NCBI RefSeq assembly: GCF_036388215.1
Contig: NZ_DASVSH010000031.1
Location: 90,675-154,674, forward strand
DNA from: Sphingomonas sp.
GTDB lineage: Bacteria > Pseudomonadota > Alphaproteobacteria > Sphingomonadales > Sphingomonadaceae
Length of the DNA stretch: 64,000 bases
Direction of reading: 5' to 3'
This document shows positions 50,810 to 60,535 of this stretch, in pieces. The translations under genes were made by a program, and so were the position numbers. The notes beneath the pieces are model-generated. The model did not search any database. It worked only from the letters and a program-made list of their open reading frames with translations, and was not told the origin of the DNA. Each line of letters opens with the position of its first letter. Position 1 is the first letter of the stretch.

Positions 50810-53800
50810 CTAGAACTTCACTTCCGCGGACACCGTGAACGAACGTCCGCGCGGATCGGCAACGCGGGGTTCCCAGGAGCCGCCCGAACCCGAGTTGCTG
50901 TCATAGGTGATCGCGAAGGGGGGATCGGTGTCGAAGATGTTCCTGACGCCTGCCGTCAGCGACAACCGGTTGTCGATCCGCTGCGAAATCGTCGCATTGT
51001 AGATCATGTAGGGCTTAACGCGCGGATTGAAGTCCGGTCGTGCGGCGCTGGCCGGCAGCGTCTGGTTGGCGTAGCCGCTGCGGTAGATTTGCGAGAAGCT
51101 CAGCCCGAAATCGCCATTAGTGTAGGTGACAAAGGCATTATGCTTCCACTCGAGGCCGAGATCGCCCAGCAGCGTAAACTTGCCGACGAGGTTCGTGTAC
51201 GGCAGGTTCGGCAACAGCTTTTCACGCTTGTCGAGCAGATAGGTGCCGTCCAGCCCAAAGCCGATCACCCCTCCCAGGGCCTCGAACCCGCCGCGCGCGA
51301 CGAACTCAAGTCCTTTCGTCCGCCGCGAGCCGAAGTTGCCAGTCCGCAGATCGACCAGCGTGATGATGCCGTTGGTCCTTTGGATGCGGTCCCCGAACGA
51401 TGAGATGTTCGCAAATAGCTGCGGAATGGTAATCGCGCTGATGGTGTTATCGACCCCGATGTTCCAATAATCGACCGACAGGCTGAAGCGGCGTGCCGGC
51501 TGGAATACGACGCCTACGCTATATTGCTTCGAAGTCTCCGGCCCTAGCGTCAGATTGCCGCCGCTGATGGAATCAGGAGTGATCGCCGCGCAGCCGGGCT
51601 GCGGACCCGCCGTCGTCCCTTGCGGGCAGGTTGTGGGATCGACCAGGGTATTGCCCGGGTTGACCAGCCGCACTTGGCCGTTGAAAATCTGGTTGAATGT
51701 CGGAACACGGAAACCAGTGTTGTACGAGGCGCGGAACATCAGCCAGTCGGCCGGCCGGAACTTGGCGGTTACCTTCGGATTGACGGTCGAACCGAACCCG
51801 GAATAATCGTCTACGCGCCCGGCGACGGTCACTTCGAGCGAACTCAGAATCGGGATCAGTACCTCGGCATAGGCCGCCTTCACGTCGCGGTTGACCTCCG
51901 GCAGCGCGAACGCATTGTCGAACGGCGCGTTGAAGATCGATGGCGACACGAGCGCGCCGGGCGAGCCCGCATCGAACTTGTAGCTTTCGCGCCGGTAATC
52001 GACCCCGACTGCCATTTTAACGTCACCGGCCGGCAAGCCGAACAGGCTGCCCGAAATCGAGGCGTCGAATTGCTTGACCTCGTACTGGCCACCGTAAAGC
52101 GTGACGCCGTCCGCCGACACGGATTGAAGAGCCGCGAGGGCCGCGGGCGTCTGGGCCAGGGAAAAGGGATTGAGGATGCCGCTGTTGAACAGGCCGACGA
52201 TGCCGGGCGCCGTCGCGCCGGCCCCGGTCGGCGCGCGCGGATCGGCCTGGCCGATCACCGGTACGGGTTGGCCCGCCACCGTCGCGTTCGCGGTCTGCGT
52301 GGAGTTCGTATAGACACCGGTGTAGTGATAGCCTGAGCCTAGCGTACTGTCGGACTTGCTGCGCGCATAGGACGCGCCCGCTTGGTAATCCCAGCCATCG
52401 AACAGCGGGCCATCGACTCCGAGCGCCACACGAAACGTCCTGGTGTCGGTCACCAGCGAACGCTCGCCGCAGTCGAGGCAGCGGTAGCGGTATGCGATCG
52501 GTTTGCCGTAATTGCCGACCGCATCGACCGTACGATCACCGACCGCGCCAACCGCGGGAAGCACGGCGGCGATGCGATCGTACACTTGGTTGTAAGTCGG
52601 CGCGGTCAGCGCATTGAGCGGATAAGCGATAGGCAATGACGTGCCGTTGCCGGTATATTGATTGTTGGAAAATGCCTTGCGCGCCGTCGCGTCCGAACCG
52701 GTGACTTCGACAAAAACTTCGTGAGCGCCACCAAGCCGGACCGTACCGCGCGCATAATAGGTCAGCGTCTCCAGCGGCTGCTGAAGCGTCGCGGCACGCG
52801 CCGTGTCCCACGAACAGGCCAGCGCCGCCCCCGGCACCGCCCACAAAACCGAGTCATAGTTCATGCCGCCATCGACCGACGCACAGCCGGCGCCGCCCGG
52901 CAGCCGCAGCGGGTTGACGCCGCCGTTGGCAGCCTGCGTCGTACCCGGTATGAAAAACGCCGGATTGGGGGTCGTGGTGCCCGGCAGGACGGCCAGATTC
53001 GTCGCGCCGGTCGTCCCGCCCAGCAACGTGCCGGTCTGCGCGATGCCGATGCCCGCACCCGTCGGGTTCAATTGCTGCGCCGTCGCGATCGGCGTACCGC
53101 GGGTGTCGATCGACAGGCCACGATTGGGCTGATTGCCATTCACGAAGTCGCGGTCGCGGCCGAACAGTATGCCGTTCCAGCTCTTGCTGACTGCGCCCAT
53201 CACGTTGAAGCCGTCCTCGGCCAGGTCGCCGTAGCCGGCGGTCGCGGACAGGCGGTAGATCGGGCTGTCGCCCTGCTCTGTAATGTCGGTAAAGCCGTTA
53301 AGCGTAAGCCCCTGAAAGTTGGTCTTGGTGATGAAGTTGATCACGCCGCCGATCGCGTCCGTGCCATAGATTGCCGAAGCACCGTCCTTGAGCACCTCGA
53401 TGCGGTCGATCGCGGCGAACGGGATCTGGTTGACATCGACTGCCGAGCCGCCTTGGCCGTGTGACGAAACGCGGCGGCCGTTGAGCAGGACGAGCGTCGC
53501 CGACGAGCCCTGTCCGCGCAGGTTCGCGGCCGACAGGCCGTTCTTGCCACGCGAATCAGCGCCGACCACGTCCGAGTTCGAAGAGAGATTGTCGTTGCCG
53601 GTTCCGTTGCTCGACAGGAAGCTGATGAGCTGTTCGGGGCTGCTGATCCCCTCCCGCGTCAGCTCCTGGTTTGTGATGATCTGCAGGGGCAGCGCCGAGT
53701 TGTTCGGGTCCTGCTTGATGCGCGATCCGGTGACGAGAATCTGGGCGCCGCCATCGGCGCCCTGATCGGCATCGCTCGTCGGCGTCTCCGCGGTGGTCGG

Positions 53801-53920
53801 CGTCGTCGCCGGCTGCGTGGTGCCTTCGGTGGAGACCTGCGCGACCGCAGGCAGCGCGCCTGCGAGCGCGGCGAAAGCCGTTCCCGAAGCGAGAATCAGT
53901 TTGAGCGACGAAGCAGCCAT
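50810..53920 (-). CDS. TonB-dependent outer-membrane receptor (1036 aa)
   Basis: Signal peptide, ILVTGSRI TonB box, TLVLLNGRR, IDRIEVLKDGASAIYGTDAIGGVINFIT, DPRGR...VKF C-terminus. Confidence 0.96.
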   Translation of the reverse strand: MAASSLKLILASGTAFAALAGALPAVAQVSTEGTTQPATTPTTAETPTSDADQGADGGAQILVTGSRIKQDPNNSALPLQIITNQELTREGISSPEQLISFLSSNGTGNDNLSSNSDVVGADSRGKNGLSAANLRGQGSSATLVLLNGRRVSSHGQGGSAVDVNQIPFAAIDRIEVLKDGASAIYGTDAIGGVINFITKTNFQGLTLNGFTDITEQGDSPIYRLSATAGYGDLAEDGFNVMGAVSKSWNGILFGRDRDFVNGNQPNRGLSIDTRGTPIATAQQLNPTGAGIGIAQTGTLLGGTTGATNLAVLPGTTTPNPAFFIPGTTQAANGGVNPLRLPGGAGCASVDGGMNYDSVLWAVPGAALACSWDTARAATLQQPLETLTYYARGTVRLGGAHEVFVEVTGSDATARKAFSNNQYTGNGTSLPIAYPLNALTAPTYNQVYDRIAAVLPAVGAVGDRTVDAVGNYGKPIAYRYRCLDCGERSLVTDTRTFRVALGVDGPLFDGWDYQAGASYARSKSDSTLGSGYHYTGVYTNSTQTANATVAGQPVPVIGQADPRAPTGAGATAPGIVGLFNSGILNPFSLAQTPAALAALQSVSADGVTLYGGQYEVKQFDASISGSLFGLPAGDVKMAVGVDYRRESYKFDAGSPGALVSPSIFNAPFDNAFALPEVNRDVKAAYAEVLIPILSSLEVTVAGRVDDYSGFGSTVNPKVTAKFRPADWLMFRASYNTGFRVPTFNQIFNGQVRLVNPGNTLVDPTTCPQGTTAGPQPGCAAITPDSISGGNLTLGPETSKQYSVGVVFQPARRFSLSVDYWNIGVDNTISAITIPQLFANISSFGDRIQRTNGIITLVDLRTGNFGSRRTKGLEFVARGGFEALGGVIGFGLDGTYLLDKREKLLPNLPYTNLVGKFTLLGDLGLEWKHNAFVTYTNGDFGLSFSQIYRSGYANQTLPASAARPDFNPRVKPYMIYNATISQRIDNRLSLTAGVRNIFDTDPPFAITYDSNSGSGGSWEPRVADPRGRSFTVSAEVKF

Positions 53921-54165
53921 TGGTTTTCCCCCTGAGCGCGCAGATTCCGGCAGCGCAGACCGGCACATTAAGTAACAAAGATGTGGCACCGCACCATAGT
54001 ATCTTTTCGGAAATCCATAACCCCCGGGCATTGCGGCGCTCACTCTTCCGCGCAAGCGTTGCCCGGCGGCAACAGTCGCGCGCTTATTGACTTTGCCTCG
54101 CCCTTTCCGGACTCATCGTCGGGTCAGGAGAGACTTTTCGATGCACCGCGACAGGACCATTCCGC

Positions 54166-55731
54166 TTGGCTGATCCCCACGACGCGGTGCCCCCGCCCGC
54201 AATCCCGCCCGGCGCCGGGCGCATGGCGCTCTATGTCCTGCTGGGCTTCTCCGCCGGCCTTCCCTTCTACATGTTTTCCACGGTGCTCAGCGTGCGGCTT
54301 GCCGAGCACGGCGTGGTGCTCGCGGTCATCGGCTTCTTCGCCTGGGTGCAATTGCTGCCCACCTTCAAGTTCCTCTGGGCGCCATTCCTCGACAAATATG
54401 ACGTGCCCGGCTTCGCGCGCTTCTGGGGCAAGCGCCGCGGCTGGATCATGCTGTCGCAGCTCGGCATATTCACTTCGATGCTGGCGATGGCGCTGACCTC
54501 GTCAGACGCCAATCTCTGGCTTACCGCATTGTTCGCGGTGCTGCTCGCCTTCTGGACCACCACGCTCGAAGTCGCCGCCGACGCTTGGCGCATTGAACTT
54601 GCACCCACGCCGCAAGAGCAAGGCCCCGTCGCCGCCTCGAACCTGTGGGGATACCGCACAGCGATGGTGGCGGCAGGAAGCGGCGCGCTGCTCTTCGCCG
54701 ATCCCGCCGGCAGCATCGGCCCCGCATTGTTCGGTCTCGGCATCACGCCGGGCTGGATTTCATCGTATCTGCTGATCGCCGCCGGCGCTTTCATTCCGCT
54801 TCCCATCCTTGCGCTGCTTCCCAGGCAGCCCGGCTGCACCGGCAATCGCTGGTCTGCGCTCGCCGCCGGTCTGGGCGCGAGCGCGCTCATGCTGCTGGCA
54901 GTCCTCGCCGGCACGGCTGCGCTCGGCTGGCTCCTGCTCACTGCCGCGGCCCGCATCGGCATCACTGCCGACACCAATGTGCTGCCCTGGGTGCTCGGGA
55001 TCGCAATGGCGCCCTTCGTCGTCCTGGCCTTCGCGCTCCCCTGGATTCGCGATGCGAAGCCCGACGATCCGATCCGGGCGTCCACTGCGATCGGCCCCTA
55101 TGCCGATTTCTTCTGGCGCTATGGCTTCCTCGCCATCGTGTTGCTCGCCTTCGTCTCGATCTACCGGATGGGCGACGTGCTGGCGCTCAACCTCTCCAAG
55201 CCGATGATCCTCGACCTTGGCTACACCAAGAGCCAGATCGGCTGGGCGGACGGCGCGGTCGCGCTTATGGCGAGCATCATCGGCGTAGGGATAGGCGGCT
55301 TCATGGTCACCAAGTGGCGCTGGGGCGTCACGCTCACCGTGGGCGCGATCTTTGCGGCGATCGGCAATTTCGGCTTCGTCTGGCTGGCGCACATGCCGGT
55401 GAACCAGAACACGCTCTATGTCGCCACCGCCGCCGATCAGTTCGGCAATGGCATGGCCGGTGCGGTGTTCGTGGTCTACCTGTCGATGCTCTGCAATCCG
55501 CGCTTTCCCGGCGCGCAATATGCGTTCCTCTCCGGCTTCGCCTTCCTGCTCTCGCGCCTCCTGGCGGGGGCTGGAGGGTCCATCGTCAGCAAGCTGGACC
55601 AGGCCGGCTATAACGGCTTCGACATGTTCTTCTATTTCTCGGGTGCGATCAGCCTGGGAGCGCTGCTGTTCCTCCCGCTCCTGACAAACGCAAAGCCGCG
55701 CCCGGATGACCGCGAGCCTGTAGTCGCGTGA
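54166..55731 (+). CDS. ampG: AmpG-family MFS muropeptide permease (variant)
   Basis: LGFSAGLPF, KFLWAP.LD, GKRRGW, GYR, YRMGD, RFPGAQYAFLS; extra central TM hairpin. Confidence 0.85.
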   Translation: MADPHDAVPPPAIPPGAGRMALYVLLGFSAGLPFYMFSTVLSVRLAEHGVVLAVIGFFAWVQLLPTFKFLWAPFLDKYDVPGFARFWGKRRGWIMLSQLGIFTSMLAMALTSSDANLWLTALFAVLLAFWTTTLEVAADAWRIELAPTPQEQGPVAASNLWGYRTAMVAAGSGALLFADPAGSIGPALFGLGITPGWISSYLLIAAGAFIPLPILALLPRQPGCTGNRWSALAAGLGASALMLLAVLAGTAALGWLLLTAAARIGITADTNVLPWVLGIAMAPFVVLAFALPWIRDAKPDDPIRASTAIGPYADFFWRYGFLAIVLLAFVSIYRMGDVLALNLSKPMILDLGYTKSQIGWADGAVALMASIIGVGIGGFMVTKWRWGVTLTVGAIFAAIGNFGFVWLAHMPVNQNTLYVATAADQFGNGMAGAVFVVYLSMLCNPRFPGAQYAFLSGFAFLLSRLLAGAGGSIVSKLDQAGYNGFDMFFYFSGAISLGALLFLPLLTNAKPRPDDREPVVA

Positions 55732-56735
55732 TCGATCAGGCCTTCGCCCCCGCCGCTACCGCAATCGCCCAAGGCGGCATTCCCGGCGCGGTGCTTGGAG
55801 TCGTCACCGCCTCCGGCGAGCGCTGGACCACGCATGCCGGCCTCGCCCAGCGTGTCCCCCATCCCGAGCCGCTCACCGCCGATCACTGGTTCGACCTCGC
55901 CTCGGTATCCAAGGTCATCTTCACCACCACCGCGATCCTCCAGCTAGCCGAGCAAGGCAGAGTGGACCTCGACCGCCCGATCACCGATGCGATCCCGGAC
56001 CTCCGCCAATATGATGTAGCCAACGCCGCCGAGCGCAAGCTCACCTTCCGCGACTGCCTGGCCCACCGTACTTTCCTCCCCGCGGTGGAGCCGATCTACA
56101 CCTATGGCGACGATCCCCGGCGCCTGCGCGCCTTCGTCCTCCAGCGCGAATGGAAGCACGGTCCGCCGGTCTACTCCGACATCAACTTCATCCTGCTCGG
56201 CATCGCGATCGAGCGCATCACCGGCGCGCCGCTCGCCGCATGGCCGCTGGGCGCAGGTCTCGGCTTCGGCCCGCCCCCCGGCCCCGCCGTCGCCACCGAA
56301 TTCTGCCACTGGCGCGGCCGTGTGCTCAAGGGCGAAGTGCATGACGAGAATTGCGCGGCCCTGGGCGGCCAGGCCGGTCATGCCGGGCTGTTCGGCACGG
56401 TCGCCGGTGTCCTAGATTTCGCACAGGGGCTGCTGGACGGAAGCGGAGCCTCCCCCTTTATGCTTTCAGCAATCCGCGCAATCCAGCACGAGCACCGCAC
56501 CTGCGGCTGGGAGCGCAAATTCCCCGGCTGGTCGGGCGGTCAGGCCTGTTCGGACGACACGATCGGCCATACCGGCTTCACCGGCACCGGCCTCTGGGTC
56601 GATTTAGGGCGCGGGATCGCCTGGACGCTGCTAACCAACCGCGTCCACCCCACCCGCCATTTCGACAGCGGCATATCGGCGCTACGCCCCGCAACTGGTG
56701 ATGCTGTGATCGCGGCCTGGGGTTCGCTCTCATGA
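55728..56735 (+). CDS. Class C beta-lactamase-family serine hydrolase, AmiE/YbbE-like amidase candidate
   Basis: FDLASVSK (SxxK), YSDINF, GEVHDEN, GHAGLFG, GHTGFTGT, LLTNRVHP; no signal peptide; GTGA overlap with ampG. Confidence 0.85.
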   Translation: MIDQAFAPAATAIAQGGIPGAVLGVVTASGERWTTHAGLAQRVPHPEPLTADHWFDLASVSKVIFTTTAILQLAEQGRVDLDRPITDAIPDLRQYDVANAAERKLTFRDCLAHRTFLPAVEPIYTYGDDPRRLRAFVLQREWKHGPPVYSDINFILLGIAIERITGAPLAAWPLGAGLGFGPPPGPAVATEFCHWRGRVLKGEVHDENCAALGGQAGHAGLFGTVAGVLDFAQGLLDGSGASPFMLSAIRAIQHEHRTCGWERKFPGWSGGQACSDDTIGHTGFTGTGLWVDLGRGIAWTLLTNRVHPTRHFDSGISALRPATGDAVIAAWGSLS

Positions 56736-56758
56736 TCGGCGGAATCCAAACTCTAACT

Positions 56759-56841
56759 CCGCTCACCCTGAGCCTGTCGAAGGGTCGTCAGCCACAGTCG
56801 CATCGCTCTCGAATGTCCTTCGACAAGCTCAGGATGAGCGG
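56759..56841. repeat. Family-A REP pair
   Basis: CCGCTCACCCTGAGCCTGTCGAAGG ... CCTTCGACAAGCTCAGGATGAGCGG. Confidence 0.92.
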
Positions 56842-56859
56842 AAAAAACATGGAGTCCCT

Positions 56860-58050
56860 ATGATCTCGTTGCTCGCACTCACCCTCGCCCTCGCTCCGCT
56901 TGCAGACGACCCCACCCCCGCGGATCGCCTGGCGCACGATCACATGCTCACGCTCGACAGCCACCTCGATACCCCCGAGCTGTTCGAGCACCCGGGCTGG
57001 GAGTTCGATCGCTGGCACGATCGCGATTTCGACAAGAGCCAGGTCGATATCCCGCGCATGGAGCAGGGCGGGCTCGATGGCGGCTTCTTCGTGATCTATA
57101 CCAGCCAGGGGGAGCTGACTCCGCAGGGATATGCCAAAGCCCGCAACGGCGCTTTGACCCGCGCGAATTGGATCCAGCGCGTCGTCGCGGCGCATCCCGA
57201 CAAGCTCGCGATGGCGACCACCGTTGCCGACGCCGCACGCATCGCGAAAACGGGCAAACGCATCGTCTATCAGAGCATCGAGAACAGCTATCCGCTCGGC
57301 GAGGATATCAGCCTGCTCGCTTATTTTCACGGCCTTGGCGTTCGCATGGTCGGCCCCGTGCATTTCCGGAACAACCAGTTCGCCGACAGCTCCACCGATA
57401 AGGTCAAGGCTTTTGGCGGCTTCTCGCCCCTCGGCAGGCAATGGCTGGCCGAGATGAACCGCCTCGGCATGGTCGTGGATCTCAGCCATGCGTCCGACGA
57501 CACTTTCGATCAGGCGCTGGCGCTCTCCAAAACTCCGATCATCCTCTCGCACTCGGGTCCCAAGGCGATCTTCGACCACCCGCGCAATGTGGACGACGAT
57601 CGCATGCGCAAGCTGGCCAGGGCCGGCGGTGTCATGCAGATCAACAGCGTCTATCTGGTCGCCGGTGACAGCAACAAGGCGCGCGACGCCGTGCAGGACC
57701 GCCAGAACGACTGGTGGGCGCTGTCCGAAGCCGAGCAACGCAAGCTGATCGCCGACAAGGCGGTGGCTGACGCCACCGATCCCTATGCCGGCGCGGACTT
57801 CGAGCTCTTCATGAAGAGCCTCCTCCACGCCATCGCGGTGATGGGCGTGGACCATGTCGGCATCGGCGCGGATTGGGACGGCGGCGGCGGGGTGCGCGGG
57901 ATGGAGGATGTTACCGCGCTGCCCAGGATCACCGCCCGGCTGCGCAAGGAAGGCTTCAGGGATTCGGATATCGAGAAGATCTGGAGCGGCAACGTCCTGC
58001 GCGTGCTGAAGGCCGCCGAGGATTGGGCAGCGAAGAACGGCGGGAAGTAA
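56860..58050 (+). CDS. Secreted M19 (renal/membrane) dipeptidase
   Basis: Signal peptide, DSHLD, SIENS, HFRNN, EMNRLGMVVDLSH, LSHS, HPRNVDD, HVGIGADWDG. Confidence 0.93.
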   Translation: MISLLALTLALAPLADDPTPADRLAHDHMLTLDSHLDTPELFEHPGWEFDRWHDRDFDKSQVDIPRMEQGGLDGGFFVIYTSQGELTPQGYAKARNGALTRANWIQRVVAAHPDKLAMATTVADAARIAKTGKRIVYQSIENSYPLGEDISLLAYFHGLGVRMVGPVHFRNNQFADSSTDKVKAFGGFSPLGRQWLAEMNRLGMVVDLSHASDDTFDQALALSKTPIILSHSGPKAIFDHPRNVDDDRMRKLARAGGVMQINSVYLVAGDSNKARDAVQDRQNDWWALSEAEQRKLIADKAVADATDPYAGADFELFMKSLLHAIAVMGVDHVGIGADWDGGGGVRGMEDVTALPRITARLRKEGFRDSDIEKIWSGNVLRVLKAAEDWAAKNGGK

Positions 58051-58056
58051 CCCGCG

Positions 58057-58220
58057 TTCTCCCTCTCCCATCCGGAAAGGGTTGCGCAGACTTGGGTCTG
58101 CTCCTTCAGCAGACCCTGGTCGTAGCTGGGTGAGGGGTGTCGCCCCCTCAATAAGCGAACCCCTCACCCAATCTCCGCTAGGCGCTAAAGTGCCAAGCCG
58201 CGCTATCCCTCTGGGGCAGG
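58057..58220. repeat. Family-B modular palindromic element
   Basis: Reverse copy of the ..AAGTCTGCGCAACCCT arm joined to a CTAGGC..GCCAAG arm. Confidence 0.8.
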
Positions 58221-58226
58221 TTTGCC

Positions 58227-58338
58227 CCTTGCAATGTAGGATTTCGCCTGCTTGGCTGAGCCGGTCGACACTGCCGTCCGCTCTTTGAATTGTCGTTTCC
58301 GAAGCCCATGGCCAGTGCGAACATTCAGAACATTCGCG
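58227..58338. repeat. Dispersed ~113-bp non-coding element, copy 2
   Basis: About 89% identical to 26209-26321. Confidence 0.9.
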
Positions 58339-58387
58339 CCGGGCAAAACAAGCGCGATAGTGTGACCCTAGTGTGACCTTTCGCGCG

Positions 58388-59818
58388 TCAATTCGCCGCC
58401 GCGATCACGATCAGCGCGGCATCCATGAATTTGGTCGCCGATCCGCTCGCGGGCATGTCATTGGCATAGAATGCAAAGACCAGCGTCTTCCCGCTCGCGG
58501 CAATCATATACCCCGCCAGCGCATTGGTCGCGTTAAGCGTGCCGGTCTTGGCGAAGACCTTGCCCTCCAGCGGCGTGCCCTTGAAGCGGTTGCGCAGCGT
58601 GCCGTCCACCCCGCCGATCGGCAGCGTCTCGCGCCACTGTGCACCCCAGGACTGGCCTGAGATCCAGCGCAGCATCTGCACCACGCCGCGCGGGCTCACG
58701 CGATTGTAGCTCGACATGCCCGATCCGTCGGACAAGTCCCATGCGGTGCGCGCCACGCCCGCCTTGGCGAGCATCGCCTCCACTTCGGTCATGCCGTCGG
58801 CGATCGATCCGCTGCCCTTTAGCAGTGATACGCGGCGGAGTGTCAGTTCCGCGTGGAGGTTCTGGCTGATCTTGTTGATCACCTTCAAATCCTCGGCCAG
58901 CGGCGCCGGCGTGAGCCTGGCGAGGACCGGCACGTCGCTCGAACCCGCGAACGGGCCCTCGCGCCGTGCGGGATCGTCGCCGGGCATCAGCGTTCGGTGA
59001 AAGGTGCGCACCTGCCCCTTCACCTTGACGCCGCGCTCCTCGAGCAGTGTCTTGAACCGCCAGGCCGCAAAGTGCGCAGGATCGTCGATCCCCATGCGGG
59101 AAATGTCCGGCTTGGCCTCCTTGCCGATCGTCCCGGTGACTCGGACGACGCGCTCGAACGGCAGCCGGTCATAGCCGATCCTGGTTTCCGCGCCCTCGAC
59201 CGTCAACGTCAGATTGTCGACCGTGTAGTAAGTCGAGCCCAGCGTGACCTTGCCCGCCTTGCCCGGTTCTCCGGGGGCCACGACCAACTCGACCTCATTG
59301 TCGTCGGCCGTAAGCGCAGACACGCCGGTGCCCGAGCGGGTCGGGATGTTGTTCCAGCTCATGCCCGGGCTCCAGCGCTCGTCGGGCATGCGCGTGTCAT
59401 CGCCGATCACATCCCTCACCCGCTTGGTCTTCGCGGCCACGGCATCCGCCAGCGCGGCCAGGCAATCGACCTTGCAGTCGCCAGCGGACGACATCCGGGC
59501 ATCGCCATTGCCGATCAGCACCACGTCGCGGCCGTCGATACGCACTGCGTTGCCGCCCGCCTCGTCCGGCGCGTTGACGTCGGGCATCGTCGCGAAGGCG
59601 ACCGCTGTTGAGAACATCTTGGTGTTGGAGGCCGGGATATAGCGCCCGTAGGGATCGATCGCGACGATCTCCGTCCCGTCCTCGCTCGCGACCATCAGTC
59701 CGAAGCGCGTGCCCGGCGCGGCCTCGGCCAGCTTGGCGCGAACCTGCGCGCGAAGGTCCTGCGCGGCGGCCGGCGTTGCGGCGGCCAGCGCCAGCACGAG
59801 GAGGAATGCATGTCTCAT
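58388..59818 (-). CDS. dacB: D-Ala-D-Ala carboxypeptidase/endopeptidase (PBP4, peptidase S13)
   Basis: PASNTK (SxxK), GNGDA, SQNLHAE (SxN), DGSGMS, GTLRNRF, AKTGTL (KTG); signal peptide. Confidence 0.95.
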   Translation of the reverse strand: MRHAFLLVLALAAATPAAAQDLRAQVRAKLAEAAPGTRFGLMVASEDGTEIVAIDPYGRYIPASNTKMFSTAVAFATMPDVNAPDEAGGNAVRIDGRDVVLIGNGDARMSSAGDCKVDCLAALADAVAAKTKRVRDVIGDDTRMPDERWSPGMSWNNIPTRSGTGVSALTADDNEVELVVAPGEPGKAGKVTLGSTYYTVDNLTLTVEGAETRIGYDRLPFERVVRVTGTIGKEAKPDISRMGIDDPAHFAAWRFKTLLEERGVKVKGQVRTFHRTLMPGDDPARREGPFAGSSDVPVLARLTPAPLAEDLKVINKISQNLHAELTLRRVSLLKGSGSIADGMTEVEAMLAKAGVARTAWDLSDGSGMSSYNRVSPRGVVQMLRWISGQSWGAQWRETLPIGGVDGTLRNRFKGTPLEGKVFAKTGTLNATNALAGYMIAASGKTLVFAFYANDMPASGSATKFMDAALIVIAAAN

Positions 59819-59893
59819 CCAAACGAGCCTAGCCGTAACGAACCCGGCGGCAAGCGCGCGATGCGCCACGCGGCCACAACCGCCGCCTATCCA

Positions 59894-60526
59894 TTAGCGT
59901 TGCGGACCGATCAGCCAGGGCTTCACTCGGGCGCTCGGCTTGGCAACGCCGTCCAGCCGCACCGCGCGGATCAGCTTGACGGGCTTCAGGATCATCTGGC
60001 CCTTCATCGCGTCGCGCCCGCCCCCGGTGGGCAGCGCGAGGATCCGGCGAACCACGTCCATCCCGGCGATCACGCGCCCGAATGCCGCGAAGCCACGATT
60101 GCCCGGCCGCGCATCGAGCCCCGGATTGGGGCCCACCATGATCGAGAAATTGGCGTTGGCCGCATTCTCGTTGGGGCCATGCGCCATCGATACGGTCCCG
60201 TCGAGGTGCTTGATCCCCGTCTGGCTGGTCGGCTCCAGCACTAGGGGCGGCAGCATCCGCCGCGCATCGGTGCCTATCCCGCCCTGGATAAAGCCGAAGC
60301 GCGGATCGGCCTTGCGCCGGGTCGCGCGGTAGAATTCGGTTCCGTCGAGCCGCCCGTCATCGACATAGGCCAGGAAATTGGCGGCCGTCTTGGGCGCCCG
60401 CTTGGCATCGAGCGCGAGCACGATGTTGCCGGCTGAGGTTTCCAGCCGAACACGGATGATACCGGAGCTTTGTGGCGCGCTATTTGCCAGCGTGAACAGC
60501 GCGAGAATCAGGACAAGGAAACGCAT
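59894..60526 (-). CDS. Secreted cyclophilin-type peptidyl-prolyl isomerase
   Basis: Signal peptide, LETSAG, APKTAANFLAYVD, FYRA, FIQGG, GFAAFGRVIAGMDVV. Confidence 0.9.
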   Translation of the reverse strand: MRFLVLILALFTLANSAPQSSGIIRVRLETSAGNIVLALDAKRAPKTAANFLAYVDDGRLDGTEFYRATRRKADPRFGFIQGGIGTDARRMLPPLVLEPTSQTGIKHLDGTVSMAHGPNENAANANFSIMVGPNPGLDARPGNRGFAAFGRVIAGMDVVRRILALPTGGGRDAMKGQMILKPVKLIRAVRLDGVAKPSARVKPWLIGPQR

Positions 60527-60535
60527 GGGTCGCGT

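Noticed and set aside
55728-56735. Annotation as an AmpC beta-lactamase resistance gene
   Set aside because: No signal peptide, YSD and HTG instead of YxN and KTG, and AmiE-like motifs.
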